DNA of 58,644 nt from positions 1-58,644 of IMG/VR virus record IMGVR_UViG_3300006917_000003; one strand, written 5' to 3'. The translations under genes were made by a program, and so were the position numbers. Shown piece after piece: positions 25,775 through 34,788 of this stretch. The stretch comes from a virus. Lineage: Duplodnaviria > Caudoviricetes. Below the pieces are notes generated by a model that saw only the letters and a list, made by a program, of their open reading frames with translations, had not been told where the DNA came from and searched no databases. Every line of letters starts with the position of its first letter. The stretch's first letter is position 1.

Positions 25775-25803
25775 TTGACAAGAAAGCTCAGATCGACTAT
25801 ACC
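25775..25803 (+). promoter_or_regulatory. Variant repeat promoter
   Basis: TTGACA-N17-TATACC. Confidence 0.65.
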
Positions 25804-25861
25804 AAGGGTGTCAGCAGGGTGCTGGCAGGAAGTGGAAACCGAGACGGAGATGGAGGTAAAG

Positions 25862-26653
25862 ATGGCGACGATGATGCTTCACTGCGGCGGCGAACTGGTG
25901 ACCCGCGAGCAGGTGGATCTGGTGTACAAGCCCGAGGCGACTGCGACTTACCAGCCGGTCGGACACGGGCAGGTGGTGGACTTGGCCAAAGAGATCGTGG
26001 ACTACCGCTTGGGCTACAAGCTGCGGTCGGAGCAGTACGGCCTCAACCAAGAGGGGATGCAGTTCTTCTTCGCCCTGACCTACGACACGGGCAGGGAGCA
26101 GGGCTTCACCATCGCGGGCCGCAACAGCTACAACAAGACGCTGAAGGTGGCCTACGTTGGCGGGGCGCGAGTGTTCGTCTGCGACAACCTCGCCCTGAGT
26201 GGGGACGCGATGTTCATCCAGCGCAAGCACACCAAGAATGTGCTGCAAGACATCCAAGACCTCTGCGACACGGCGGTGCAGGGCAGCGTGAAGGCCCACC
26301 AGAGCCTGACGGACTTGTGGCACCAGATGCGGCTGATCGATGTGGACGAGGACCGGGGCTACGAGATCATGGGCCGTGCGCTGGGCCACGATGTGGTCAA
26401 GCCGCAGCAGGTGACGCTCGCCATGGAAGCGTGGCGGGAGAACCTGCACGGCTTCGGGCGCAACATGTACGGCGTGTACCAAGCCTTCACCGAGGGGTGC
26501 AAGCGGGGCGTGCCCGCGCAGGTGGTCGACCGGCTGACCGACGTGAACAGCTTCATGGTGCAGGAGTTGGGTCGGGTGCGCGACGGCGCTCCGATGACGG
26601 ACGCAGGCGAGCGCCTGCTGGCTGCCCCGGTCGCGGGGCTTGAGATCGACTAG
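25862..26653 (+). CDS. DUF932-like protein
   Basis: MLHCGG, T.TYQPV.H, GRNS.NKT, GARVFVCDNLA.SG, RKHT. Confidence 0.8.
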   Translation: MATMMLHCGGELVTREQVDLVYKPEATATYQPVGHGQVVDLAKEIVDYRLGYKLRSEQYGLNQEGMQFFFALTYDTGREQGFTIAGRNSYNKTLKVAYVGGARVFVCDNLALSGDAMFIQRKHTKNVLQDIQDLCDTAVQGSVKAHQSLTDLWHQMRLIDVDEDRGYEIMGRALGHDVVKPQQVTLAMEAWRENLHGFGRNMYGVYQAFTEGCKRGVPAQVVDRLTDVNSFMVQELGRVRDGAPMTDAGERLLAAPVAGLEID

Positions 26654-26680
26654 CAGCGGCACTCTCCCTGCTAGTCCAGC

Positions 26681-26715
26681 CCAAGGCCCCGGGGATGCGC
26701 CCCCCGGGGCTTTGG
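26681..26715 (+). terminator. Stem-loop after the DUF932 gene
   Basis: ccaaggccccgggg...ccccggggctttgg. Confidence 0.55.
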
Positions 26716-26732
26716 TGCGTCGGGAGGTTGCC

Positions 26733-26978
26733 TTGGACACTGAGAAGTTGTTGCAGTTGCGCGAAGTGCTGAAAGAGGTACGCAGCCGGTGGGACTGGGA
26801 GTTGCAGCAGGCCGAGAACGCCCGACTGGCAGGCGACGAGCAGCCATTCCTGCGTGTGGCTGCGGGATTCCGCGCCACCCAAGACGCGCTCGACTTGGTC
26901 GAGAATCTGATCGGCCACCACACCGACTGGCCGGACATGTTCCCTGACCAGCCCGCGCCGTGGGAGGTGCTGCCGTGA
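26733..26978 (+). CDS. Hypothetical protein
   Basis: TTG start after GGAGG; coupled to the next gene. Confidence 0.55.
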   Translation: MDTEKLLQLREVLKEVRSRWDWELQQAENARLAGDEQPFLRVAAGFRATQDALDLVENLIGHHTDWPDMFPDQPAPWEVLP

Positions 26979-27169
26979 CCTGCGACAAGTGCGGCAAAGA
27001 CCGCAGTATTGCGTTCAAGACGACCTGCTGGGCCTGCTACCAGCGAGAGCGCCGCGCCAAGCTACCGCCCAAGCGGGTGCCAGCGTGCATCTCGCCCCGG
27101 CGCTACCACGCCTACGGTCTGGACGACCGCTGCACCCACTGTGGGGCGGTCAAGGTGTTTGCAAACTGA
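26975..27169 (+). CDS. Small Zn-finger protein
   Basis: CDKC, CWAC, CTHC. Confidence 0.6.
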   Translation: MTCDKCGKDRSIAFKTTCWACYQRERRAKLPPKRVPACISPRRYHAYGLDDRCTHCGAVKVFAN

Positions 27170-27182
27170 GAAGGGGGATGAA

Positions 27183-27908
27183 GTGGGAGCGATTCACAAC
27201 GTGCGCCTGTATCAGGGGCGCTGGCAGGATACCGTGGCCGACGAGGGGGCCGATCACCTGATCATCGACGCACCCTACAGCGACCGCGTCCATGCCAGCA
27301 AGTATGAGCACAGCCAAGGGGATCTTCACGGCAGCAGTCGCAGGGCAGTTGGTGAGAGCTTCGCCTCTTGGGGCGTGGACGAGATCCGCGAGGTCTGCGC
27401 GTGGGCCAAGACCCACGTCCGGCACTGGGTGGTGAGCCTGACCGACCACATCCTGTTTCCGATCTGGGAAGCCGAGTTGCAAGCGCAGGGGTACTTGGTG
27501 TTCGCGCCGGTCATCTTGGTCGAGACGAACCGCACGGTGCGTCTGGCGGGCGACGGGCCAGCGTGCTGGGCCACCATGATGGTGGTCGCACGTCCGCGTG
27601 GGGCCGAGTTCCTCAAGTGGCGCTCGCTGCCGGGGGCCTACGTCACCCACAGGACTAACGACAAGATGCAGGGCGGCAAGTCGCTGGAGGTCATGCGGCA
27701 GATCGTGCGCGACTACAGCAACCCCGGCCACCGCATCATCGACCTGTGCGCGGGCTTTGGCACGACCCTGCTCGCTGCTGCCATCGAGGGACGCAAGGCT
27801 GTGGGTGCGGAGGTTGATCCCGCCACCTACGCCAAGGCCCGCGCTCGCATGTATGAGCGCCTGCACAACCCCCTGTTCGACGGGGTCGAGCAGCCTGCGC
27901 TCTTCTAG
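27183..27908 (+). CDS. DNA methyltransferase (N6-adenine/N4-cytosine, beta-class motif order)
   Basis: Catalytic DAPY precedes SAM-binding IIDLCAGFGTT; start revised to GTG 27183. Confidence 0.85.
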   Translation: MGAIHNVRLYQGRWQDTVADEGADHLIIDAPYSDRVHASKYEHSQGDLHGSSRRAVGESFASWGVDEIREVCAWAKTHVRHWVVSLTDHILFPIWEAELQAQGYLVFAPVILVETNRTVRLAGDGPACWATMMVVARPRGAEFLKWRSLPGAYVTHRTNDKMQGGKSLEVMRQIVRDYSNPGHRIIDLCAGFGTTLLAAAIEGRKAVGAEVDPATYAKARARMYERLHNPLFDGVEQPALF

Positions 27909-28111
27909 GGCCGGGGCGTCGTCTTGTCTTGTTCGTCCACGACCTTGGCGTTCTTGCAGTGGCCGTAGTTGGCAGCGACCAAGTCGAGCACCTTGAACAC
28001 GGTCGAGGCAGTGGCACGGTACTGCGTCGGCACCAGCGTCAGCACATGCGGGAAGACGGCAAGGCCCAGCACTGCGTACTGGATCCACTCAGGAGCTTGG
28101 CAGATGTCCAT
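27905..28111 (-). CDS. Small membrane protein, holin candidate
   Basis: Hydrophobic YAVLGLAVFPHVLTLV; last gene of the endolysin cassette. Confidence 0.55.
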   Translation of the reverse strand: MDICQAPEWIQYAVLGLAVFPHVLTLVPTQYRATASTVFKVLDLVAANYGHCKNAKVVDEQDKTTPRP

Positions 28112-28113
28112 GG

Positions 28114-28317
28114 TCACCTCGACGTGGCAGTGGGGCAGGTAGGCGTCGGCAGGGGCGTCGGACTGTCGCACAGCACACGCGGTGGCTTGCCGTCGCAGAC
28201 CTCGACCGCGTAGAAGGGGCGCTTGGTTGCGCCCCCGTCGTTGCGTAGGTAGACGGTGCAGGGCTTGACCGGCAGGCAGCAGCCGCCGAGCACAAGGATC
28301 GGCAAGAGTCGCATCAT
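28114..28317 (-). CDS. Small Cys/Pro-rich lipoprotein (spanin-like candidate)
   Basis: MMRLLPILVLGGC lipobox-like; directly downstream of the endolysin. Confidence 0.55.
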   Translation of the reverse strand: MMRLLPILVLGGCCLPVKPCTVYLRNDGGATKRPFYAVEVCDGKPPRVLCDSPTPLPTPTCPTATSR

Positions 28318-28964
28318 GGGCAGGCACGCTGGAAGTGCATGTCGTCCTTCATCTTCCAGTCGCCGCCCCACGTCCAGCCCGCATCCGTGAACACCCGCAC
28401 AAACGCTTGCCCTTCTGGTGTGCGGAGCTTGCTGTTGTTGCCGCCCATGGGGTTGGACGGCGGGTCGAAGTCCACGGCGATGCCCCAGCTATGCAGGCTC
28501 AACGACTTGGCGGGATCCCACAGGGTGTGCCGAGGCACAAACGTCTGCACGCTGGCAGGAGTGTAACCCGAGGTCGCACACGCCGCCGCGAACAACTGCG
28601 CGAACTCCACCGCCGCCAGCACATGGAACTGCACTGTCTTGCCTGTGTGCAGCTTGGCCGACATGATGTTGGCCCGCACCCAAGCGGGGTCGATCATGAT
28701 GCGCCCGCCTTGGCCTTCCTTGTAGTTGAACTTGCCGTAGGTGAACTCGACGCCACTGCGCCCCGTGGGGATCGGCGTGATGCCCGAGTACAGCGCCGCC
28801 AACACCCGCTGGGTCGCGGGGCCAGCCTTGCCGTCAGCCGCTAGACCGTACTTGCGCTGCACGGCAACGATGCCACCCGCCGCTGCCGCCACGTCAAGCA
28901 TGGCTTGGGTCAGCCGCCCTGCGGCCTGCTCGCTTGCGTTGTACTGGTCAGGAGAGGTGGGCAT
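28314..28964 (-). CDS. Endolysin: peptidoglycan-binding segment plus M15 peptidase
   Basis: ADGKAGPAT; SLHSWGIAVD; WGGDW; DDMHFQ. Confidence 0.88.
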   Translation of the reverse strand: MPTSPDQYNASEQAAGRLTQAMLDVAAAAGGIVAVQRKYGLAADGKAGPATQRVLAALYSGITPIPTGRSGVEFTYGKFNYKEGQGGRIMIDPAWVRANIMSAKLHTGKTVQFHVLAAVEFAQLFAAACATSGYTPASVQTFVPRHTLWDPAKSLSLHSWGIAVDFDPPSNPMGGNNSKLRTPEGQAFVRVFTDAGWTWGGDWKMKDDMHFQRACP

Positions 28965-28973
28965 AGCTGGAGA

Positions 28974-29378
28974 CTACCCCCGCACGACCCCAGCTTGCAA
29001 GGCCAACAATCGGTCTGGCCCATACGCAGTCGGCCCCCCAAGGACGAAGGACTGCACCCGCGCCATGGCCCAAGCGTGCTGGCTCGCCCCTCGCCTGTGC
29101 CCGCCAGTCGACCACGCCGCCAGCCCCCGGTCGTAGACCTGCTGGAGCAGTCGGCGGTCAATGCCGGTCAGATGCGCCACGTCGGTCACGTTGCGCGGTC
29201 GCCGTCCGTAGGCGTTCTCAAACCGCACCGACCACTTGCTGCGGCGGGTCTTGACGCCGACGTCGCTGGGCAGGGGCAGGTAGGTGCCTCGTTCCCGCTC
29301 GCGCAAGATCTCTCGCTTGCGCTGCTCGCGGGCTGCACCCGTGAGGCCAGTCAGGTAGCGGGAGGGGATCTTGGCCAC
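28974..29378 (-). CDS. DUF5824-like protein
   Basis: VYDRGLAAW.TGGHR.GASQHAWAMARVQSF; GTG start 29378. Confidence 0.65.
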   Translation of the reverse strand: MAKIPSRYLTGLTGAAREQRKREILRERERGTYLPLPSDVGVKTRRSKWSVRFENAYGRRPRNVTDVAHLTGIDRRLLQQVYDRGLAAWSTGGHRRGASQHAWAMARVQSFVLGGPTAYGPDRLLALQAGVVRG

Positions 29379-29380
29379 GG

Positions 29381-29707
29381 TCAATACTCGATCTCGCGCC
29401 AAGGGTAGGGCTTGTGCTTCGGTTCGCGCACAAGCGTCAGGACGTAGTGACCGACACCGTGCGTGAAGTCCAAGACCGAGGCTTGGCCTGCCCAGTTGTT
29501 GTGCATGGCTGTGGCGGCGACGCTCTTGGCCATGTGCATCGCACTGGACTTGCGCTTGAAGGTGTCGAACTCTTCGGTGTCCCAACGCACGACGGGGCCG
29601 TTCAGCTTGTCATGGTAGGCGACACTGATCTCCCAGCCGCGCCCAGCGTCGGACGGGAACACGTTGATCAGCACCTTGGCGTACTTCTTCGACTGCTTCG
29701 TGGCCAT
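29381..29707 (-). CDS. Hypothetical protein
   Basis: GAGGGG RBS; co-directional operon. Confidence 0.65.
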   Translation of the reverse strand: MATKQSKKYAKVLINVFPSDAGRGWEISVAYHDKLNGPVVRWDTEEFDTFKRKSSAMHMAKSVAATAMHNNWAGQASVLDFTHGVGHYVLTLVREPKHKPYPWREIEY

Positions 29708-29716
29708 GTTCCCCTC

Positions 29717-29983
29717 TCACTTCCGCTGGTGCGCCGCCGTCCAGAGGATGACGTAGATCTCGATGGCCAGCGTGGCATACGCTGCCTTCTTCCACAGGTG
29801 CTCGCGCTCGCCCGCAAGGTGCAAGCCACCAGCGATGACGAAGCCCCGCAAGGTTGACCAGACCAGAACGTCGATCAGCGCCCCCGGCGTGCCGCTCAAG
29901 AGCCGGTTGGCGGCAACTTGCGACGGAAGAGGGGCCGACCCTCCCTTCTCATGCGGTTCAAGCGACCTCGACATGTCCAGCAT
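29717..29983 (-). CDS. Small membrane protein
   Basis: Two hydrophobic segments. Confidence 0.55.
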   Translation of the reverse strand: MLDMSRSLEPHEKGGSAPLPSQVAANRLLSGTPGALIDVLVWSTLRGFVIAGGLHLAGEREHLWKKAAYATLAIEIYVILWTAAHQRK

Positions 29984-30013
29984 CGACCACCTCGCGCTCG
30001 CAAGCCTACCTTG

Positions 30014-30481
30014 TCAGCGAACTGGCGGCAACGACAACGTCGGCAGTACGTCACGCTTGAGCGTGCGCTTGGCTCCCGGGTACAGATAAGCCGTCAGAGT
30101 CCACGGCTCGACGCGGCAGACGTACAGGTTGCCGCCAGACACCCGTTGCAGTTCGCGCATGGCAGCGTCTGCGTCGTCCACATACTCCAGCACACACGAC
30201 ACGAACACCACGCAGGAGTTGTCGGGCAGCGGGATCTGCTTGCAGATGTCAGCTTGGATCGAGTTGGGGCAGCGGCTGGGAGCGATGTCGATCACCAAGT
30301 CGCCACACCCCGGCCCCGAGGTTGCCCCGAGGTCTGGTGCCCCGACCACCACCAACGGCTTGCCAAGACGCTTCGCAAGCGCCTCTGCCTGCTTGTACAT
30401 GGTCGCACGCTTGCCGTTGCGAATGGCCCACCAGCCACCTTCCCAAGCAGCAACGCCGATTGCGAGCTTCTTCCAGTTCAT
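30014..30481 (-). CDS. Class I SAM-methyltransferase-like protein with N-terminal hydrophobic segment
   Basis: IDI..., QADI..QIPLPDNS, SCVLEYVDD..AAMREL.RV. Confidence 0.6.
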   Translation of the reverse strand: MNWKKLAIGVAAWEGGWWAIRNGKRATMYKQAEALAKRLGKPLVVVGAPDLGATSGPGCGDLVIDIAPSRCPNSIQADICKQIPLPDNSCVVFVSCVLEYVDDADAAMRELQRVSGGNLYVCRVEPWTLTAYLYPGAKRTLKRDVLPTLSLPPVR

Positions 30482-30639
30482 GCCCGCAAGACTACCAGAG
30501 CGCCGACTTCGACAACAGCCCCCCAAACGAGACGACCCAAGACCCGCCCGCATGCAAAAGCGCCCGTCCTAGGGCAAGTGTGTGCGTCGTTTGGTAGGGC
30601 AACTGAGTTCTTGTGTCACCTAGCTTGCAAAACTAGGGG

Positions 30640-30667
30640 TATTCCGATAGCCTCTATTGTCGGAAGT
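30640..30667. other. Candidate tyrosine-recombinase site (11-6-11 imperfect palindrome)
   Basis: tattccgatag-cctcta-ttgtcggaagt in a lower-GC intergenic gap. Confidence 0.35.
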
Positions 30668-30683
30668 CCTTTGGTGGGTGCAG

Positions 30684-30712
30684 TTGACGAGCAACGCGCC
30701 CCGGGCTATACA
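30684..30712 (+). promoter_or_regulatory. Sigma70-type promoter
   Basis: TTGACG-N17-TATACA, then AGGAGGT RBS. Confidence 0.65.
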
Positions 30713-30732
30713 CGGGCGCGAGGAGGTGAGAC

Positions 30733-31236
30733 GTGGACATCGAGGCAGCAAAGAGGGTGGTGGAGGAGGAGTTCGCCCAGCCGGCAGTGGTCTGGTGCAA
30801 GGTGTGTCACAGCCCCAAGGTGGGCTTTGGTGACTGGCTGCCGTGTCGGTGTGCTACGCCGGGGCAGATGCGGGCGCTCAGGCGTGCAGCCAAAGAGTTG
30901 CCCGGGTGGCAGGTGCGCTACGACGTTATCGGCGGCGGGCGCATGTACATGATCCCCAAGAAGCACCCGTGGAAGGACTACTGGCCCATGCACAAGGACG
31001 AGCCGATCGGCTGCGAGCTTGTGGTGCGCGATGGGTTCGACTTCCCACAGCTTGCCGACAAGACCACGACTCTTGCCAAGTGGTACGCATGCTGGGACGA
31101 AGACCCGCTCGAAGGCGACTACGTCGCTTCTGGTCGGACGCCTCTGGAGGTCGTCCGTAAGATTCGCAAGCACCTCGCCCGGGTTGCGGCTTACTATGCC
31201 AAGCTGGCCAAAGCGCCGACCAAGGAGACCAAGTGA
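30733..31236 (+). CDS. Hypothetical protein with N-terminal Cys motif
   Basis: CKVC...CRC; strong RBS. Confidence 0.7.
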   Translation: MDIEAAKRVVEEEFAQPAVVWCKVCHSPKVGFGDWLPCRCATPGQMRALRRAAKELPGWQVRYDVIGGGRMYMIPKKHPWKDYWPMHKDEPIGCELVVRDGFDFPQLADKTTTLAKWYACWDEDPLEGDYVASGRTPLEVVRKIRKHLARVAAYYAKLAKAPTKETK

Positions 31237-31550
31237 GCAAAGAACTGGTGGACGAAGTAGTGTTGGCCGAGGCCGCGCAGATGTTTGACCGCTGGCTGTC
31301 CGAGATCTGCCTTGAAGCAGCCCGTCCCGAGTGCGCCCGGGTCGACAAGCTGCGTCGCAGTCTTCAGAACGCAGAGCGCCTGCCCAACGTCAGCCCCAAG
31401 CGGGTGCAGAACTTGCACCGTGCGCTAGAAGTGGCCTTGGCCGACGTGAGCGACCGCTGCCGCAAGGAGTCGCTGCGGGTGCCGACAGCGGCGGTGGCTT
31501 GCCCAGACGGTGATCACACCCATCGCGTCGTGCAGGTAGGTGTCGGGTGA
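31233..31550 (+). CDS. Hypothetical protein
   Basis: AAGGAG RBS; GTGA overlap. Confidence 0.65.
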   Translation: MSKELVDEVVLAEAAQMFDRWLSEICLEAARPECARVDKLRRSLQNAERLPNVSPKRVQNLHRALEVALADVSDRCRKESLRVPTAAVACPDGDHTHRVVQVGVG

Positions 31551-31768
31551 AGAAGCTACCGTTCGAGGTTGTGCAGATCGACCAAGACCTCGACCCCACC
31601 GCGACGTGGGGCGACTACGCAACCTTCGACGAGGCCCGCGACGTGTTCAACGCGCTGGTCAACGACAAGCCCGACGACGCCGACCACGGCTTTGCCGTCC
31701 GGCACCACAACAAGAGCGTACTGATCAACCCGCCTGCGGGCACGACGACCAAGGTGGTGAAGCCGTGA
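31547..31768 (+). CDS. Hypothetical protein
   Basis: GTGA overlap; GDYATFDEA motif. Confidence 0.65.
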   Translation: MKKLPFEVVQIDQDLDPTATWGDYATFDEARDVFNALVNDKPDDADHGFAVRHHNKSVLINPPAGTTTKVVKP

Positions 31769-32022
31769 ACCTCACCTTCTCAGACGAGCAGGAAAACATG
31801 GCCTTCTTGGCCAAGCAGACAAGCGGCATCTGGCGGCGGCACTTCAACGCCATGTTCACCAGCTACTGCTTCAAGCCGCAGGGCTGCGGCGGCTTGGTTC
31901 GACCAAGCGACGACTACTACCACAACCGTATGAACGGGTACTCCATCCACTGCTCCTGCGCCACCAAGTGGCGCGAGAAGACCGAGGCCGAAGCTAAGGA
32001 GACGACCGATGCCGACGTATGA
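31765..32022 (+). CDS. Hypothetical protein
   Basis: GTGA overlap; start revised. Confidence 0.55.
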   Translation: MNLTFSDEQENMAFLAKQTSGIWRRHFNAMFTSYCFKPQGCGGLVRPSDDYYHNRMNGYSIHCSCATKWREKTEAEAKETTDADV

Positions 32023-32227
32023 CTACAAGTGCAACGCCTGCGGCCACCGCTGGGAAGGCGTGGCCAAGATGAACGACCCCCGCCCGCCGTGCGAGAAGTG
32101 CGGCGGCGAGGCGCAGGTGGTATTTGGCGCGGTCAAGGCCCACTTCCACGGCAGCGGCTGGGCTAAGGACGGCTACGAGAACAAGAATCTCAACCGCTTG
32201 ATCAAGAACCACGGGCTGGAAGAATGA
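32009..32227 (+). CDS. FmdB-family zinc ribbon protein
   Basis: MPTYDYKCNACG...CEKCGG...HFHGSGW. Confidence 0.85.
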   Translation: MPTYDYKCNACGHRWEGVAKMNDPRPPCEKCGGEAQVVFGAVKAHFHGSGWAKDGYENKNLNRLIKNHGLEE

Positions 32228-32400
32228 GACCTTGCGTCCCGGCGCTGCCGCCCGACTTCGTGTGCGCCTACTGTCGCGCACCACTTCGCACGCTGGGGGA
32301 GGCGGTACAGCATGTCTGCCCGCCAAAGCCGCCAGTGGACCGTTGCCCCTGCGGTTTTCCCAAGGGCGTGTGCTGGCGTTGTGCGCCTGTGGAGTGAGTG

Positions 32401-33381
32401 ATGGACGAAACGACCGACTTGGTGCCAGTCGCTGAAGGCGTGCTGGCCCGCCGCGAAGAGATCGAAAGCGCGGCAAGCTACGCCGAGGAGGCGCTGGCCA
32501 AGAACACCCGCAAGGCATACACCGCTGCGTGGCGCAAGTTCACGCGGTGGTGCGACGAACGGCAGTTCGATCCGTATGGCCCCCGGGGGCAGATCGCGAT
32601 CTATCTCGCGTGGCTGGCCGACGAGGGTGCCAAGGTGAGCACACTTTCGATCGCCCTGTGCGCCATCACCAAAGCGTTCGACACCAAGGGCCTGCCGTCG
32701 CCCCGGGAAGACCGCGCCGTGCGGCTGGTGTATCAGGGCATCCGGCGCAAGGTCGGTATCGCGCCCGAGCAGGTCGAGGCAATCCTGCCCCACCACCTGC
32801 GCTCGATGGTGGACAGCTTGCCCGAGCCGCTGGAGCGCGAGCGCCTCCGCACGCTCCGCAACCGCGCCATCCTGACCATGGGCTGGGTGGGCGGTATGCG
32901 CCGCAGCGAGATTGTGGCGCTCGACGTGGCCGACGTGGCTGAAGTCCCTGAAGGGCTGAAGGTCACCATCCGGCGCAGCAAGACCGACCAAGAAGGTCTT
33001 GGCCGCACCATCGCGGTGCCCTACGGTGCATGGCTCCAGACTTGCCCAGTACGCAACTTGAAGGCTTGGCTGGAGGCGTCGGGTGTGAAAGACGGCCCGC
33101 TGTTTCGCACGGTGACGCCTGACGGCTACGACGTGCGCCCGTGGGCGCTGACCGACCGCCAGTTGGCCAACATGGTCCAGCAGGCAGCCAAGCGGGCGGG
33201 CGTCGAGGGCCGGTTCAGCGGCCACAGCCTGCGGGCGGGGCTGGTGACGTCGGCGGTTCGCGCCGGCAAGCAAGTCAAGTCGATCCAAGCCGTGACCGGC
33301 CACAAGACGCTAGAGGTGCTGTACCGCTACGTCCGTGAGCAGGAGGCATTCAAGGACAGCCCCGCTGCGGGGTTGGTGTAG
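32401..33381 (+). CDS. Tyrosine recombinase (Cre-like)
   Basis: RNRAIL..G...MRRSEI (R), RSKTDQ (K), CPV, FSGHSLRAG (HxxR), TGH, RYVR (Y). Confidence 0.92.
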   Translation: MDETTDLVPVAEGVLARREEIESAASYAEEALAKNTRKAYTAAWRKFTRWCDERQFDPYGPRGQIAIYLAWLADEGAKVSTLSIALCAITKAFDTKGLPSPREDRAVRLVYQGIRRKVGIAPEQVEAILPHHLRSMVDSLPEPLERERLRTLRNRAILTMGWVGGMRRSEIVALDVADVAEVPEGLKVTIRRSKTDQEGLGRTIAVPYGAWLQTCPVRNLKAWLEASGVKDGPLFRTVTPDGYDVRPWALTDRQLANMVQQAAKRAGVEGRFSGHSLRAGLVTSAVRAGKQVKSIQAVTGHKTLEVLYRYVREQEAFKDSPAAGLV

Positions 33382-33390
33382 GAGGGTGAA

Positions 33391-33792
33391 GTGGGCAAGC
33401 TGACTGAACTGAAGAAGGGGATCGCCAAGCAGCAGGAGCAGCGCGAGGAGGTGCAGTCGTCGCAGTACGCGGTGGACGGCGAGAAGCCGTCGCGCCTGCC
33501 GCGCCCGGGCGAGGTGGTGGTGATCACATGGGCCGACCCCAACGTGATCGGCTCGCCCAAGTTGTCGCTGGGCCTCTTGGTGAGCCTGCCTACGCAGGGC
33601 AACGAGGCCGAGGGCCGCGTCAACGGCTGGGTGGTCATGGATCCGACCATGTCGATGCCCGGGCCGCAGGGTCGCCCCGTGCAGGTGCCGGCGCTGATCC
33701 CGGTCGCCAACGTGGCCTACTCGAAAGAACCCAAGCCGCTGACTTGGCGCTACCCCGCTGACCTCGTCGAGGTCACTGCGGAGCCGGCGTGA
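33391..33792 (+). CDS. Hypothetical protein
   Basis: GGAGGG RBS; operon position. Confidence 0.7.
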   Translation: MGKLTELKKGIAKQQEQREEVQSSQYAVDGEKPSRLPRPGEVVVITWADPNVIGSPKLSLGLLVSLPTQGNEAEGRVNGWVVMDPTMSMPGPQGRPVQVPALIPVANVAYSKEPKPLTWRYPADLVEVTAEPA

Positions 33793-34151
33793 TCGGCTTG
33801 GCAGCCTTGGCCATCCTCTTGGCGCAGCCCGCGCACCCTGCACCACTTGAGCAGGCGCTGGAGTACGTCGAGAGCCGGGGCAACCCGATGGCCCGCAACG
33901 GCGTCCACCGTGGCCTGTGGCAGGTGAACCCGCGCTTTGCTACCCCGACCGTCCGCAAGCACCCGTGGCTCCTGCACCTGCCGCCAGTAGGCCGTGCAGA
34001 GGGCCGGCGGGCGCTGGCCTACTGGCAGCACCGCTGTGGCGGTCGGCTGCGCTGCGCGCTGGCTGCGTACAACTGCGGCAACGCGGGTGTGCATGGCAAG
34101 TGTGGGCGCGGCTACGCCGCCGAGGTGCTGCGGCTGGCGAGAGCGCCATGA
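33789..34151 (+). CDS. Lytic transglycosylase (SLT domain) with signal/anchor
   Basis: YVESRGNP, GLWQV, ALAAYNCG, YAAEVL. Confidence 0.82.
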   Translation: MIGLAALAILLAQPAHPAPLEQALEYVESRGNPMARNGVHRGLWQVNPRFATPTVRKHPWLLHLPPVGRAEGRRALAYWQHRCGGRLRCALAAYNCGNAGVHGKCGRGYAAEVLRLARAP

Positions 34152-34354
34152 TCAAGCCCCGCTGGAAGCCCGAGGACGACGCCCGCTTGCGCGGGCACAT
34201 CGAGCACACGCACCTGCGTCGGCAGTGCGATTGGTACGCATACGTCGCCACCGACATGGGACGCACCGCCGGGGCCATCCAGCAGCGGTGTCACGTTCTG
34301 GGCATCCACCCGCGCAAGCTCGCGGTGTGCCCCAAGTGCAAGCGCCCCTTGTAG
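34148..34354 (+). CDS. Small HTH (Myb/GcrA-like) protein with CxxC
   Basis: WKPEDD..L...VA..MGRT.GAIQQR; CPKC. Confidence 0.55.
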   Translation: MIKPRWKPEDDARLRGHIEHTHLRRQCDWYAYVATDMGRTAGAIQQRCHVLGIHPRKLAVCPKCKRPL

Positions 34355-34377
34355 CGACTCCATCTTGAGAGGGCCAA

Positions 34378-34414
34378 GTCCCGACCCCGTGCGCGAGTGT
34401 GCGGGGTCGGGACT
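34378..34414 (+). terminator. Stem-loop insulating the cassette array
   Basis: gtcccgaccccg...cggggtcgggac. Confidence 0.55.
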
Positions 34415-34508
34415 CTTGCGCCCAGACACTTGACAAGGAACGTCAGATCTGCAATACTCCAAGGCGTGAGAGGGAGAGAGGAGACGGAAGCCAACGAGGA
34501 GGTGTGAG

Positions 34509-34754
34509 ATGGAGAAGCAGTGGGCAGAGGCGGAAACTTGGCCGGGGGCAAGCAAGCTCAAGCACTTGCTGGAACAAGCCAACAAGGATCGCCAAAACAA
34601 CGACCCCTTCTGGGAGGCGCGGAACCTCAAGGATTGCTTGGAGCACCTGCACGCAGTGGCGATGGAAGACTTCAAGGCTCACAAGTACGAGGACTACTGC
34701 GAGAAGGTGCGGTGGGTGGTCGAGGCTTGGGCTGCCAACTGGGGCGTGAAGTGA
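34509..34754 (+). CDS. Cassette gene, hypothetical
   Basis: ATG directly after the repeat RBS. Confidence 0.75.
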   Translation: MEKQWAEAETWPGASKLKHLLEQANKDRQNNDPFWEARNLKDCLEHLHAVAMEDFKAHKYEDYCEKVRWVVEAWAANWGVK

Positions 34755-34788
34755 AGGACGGAGACGGAAACCAAACAGGAGGTGTGAG

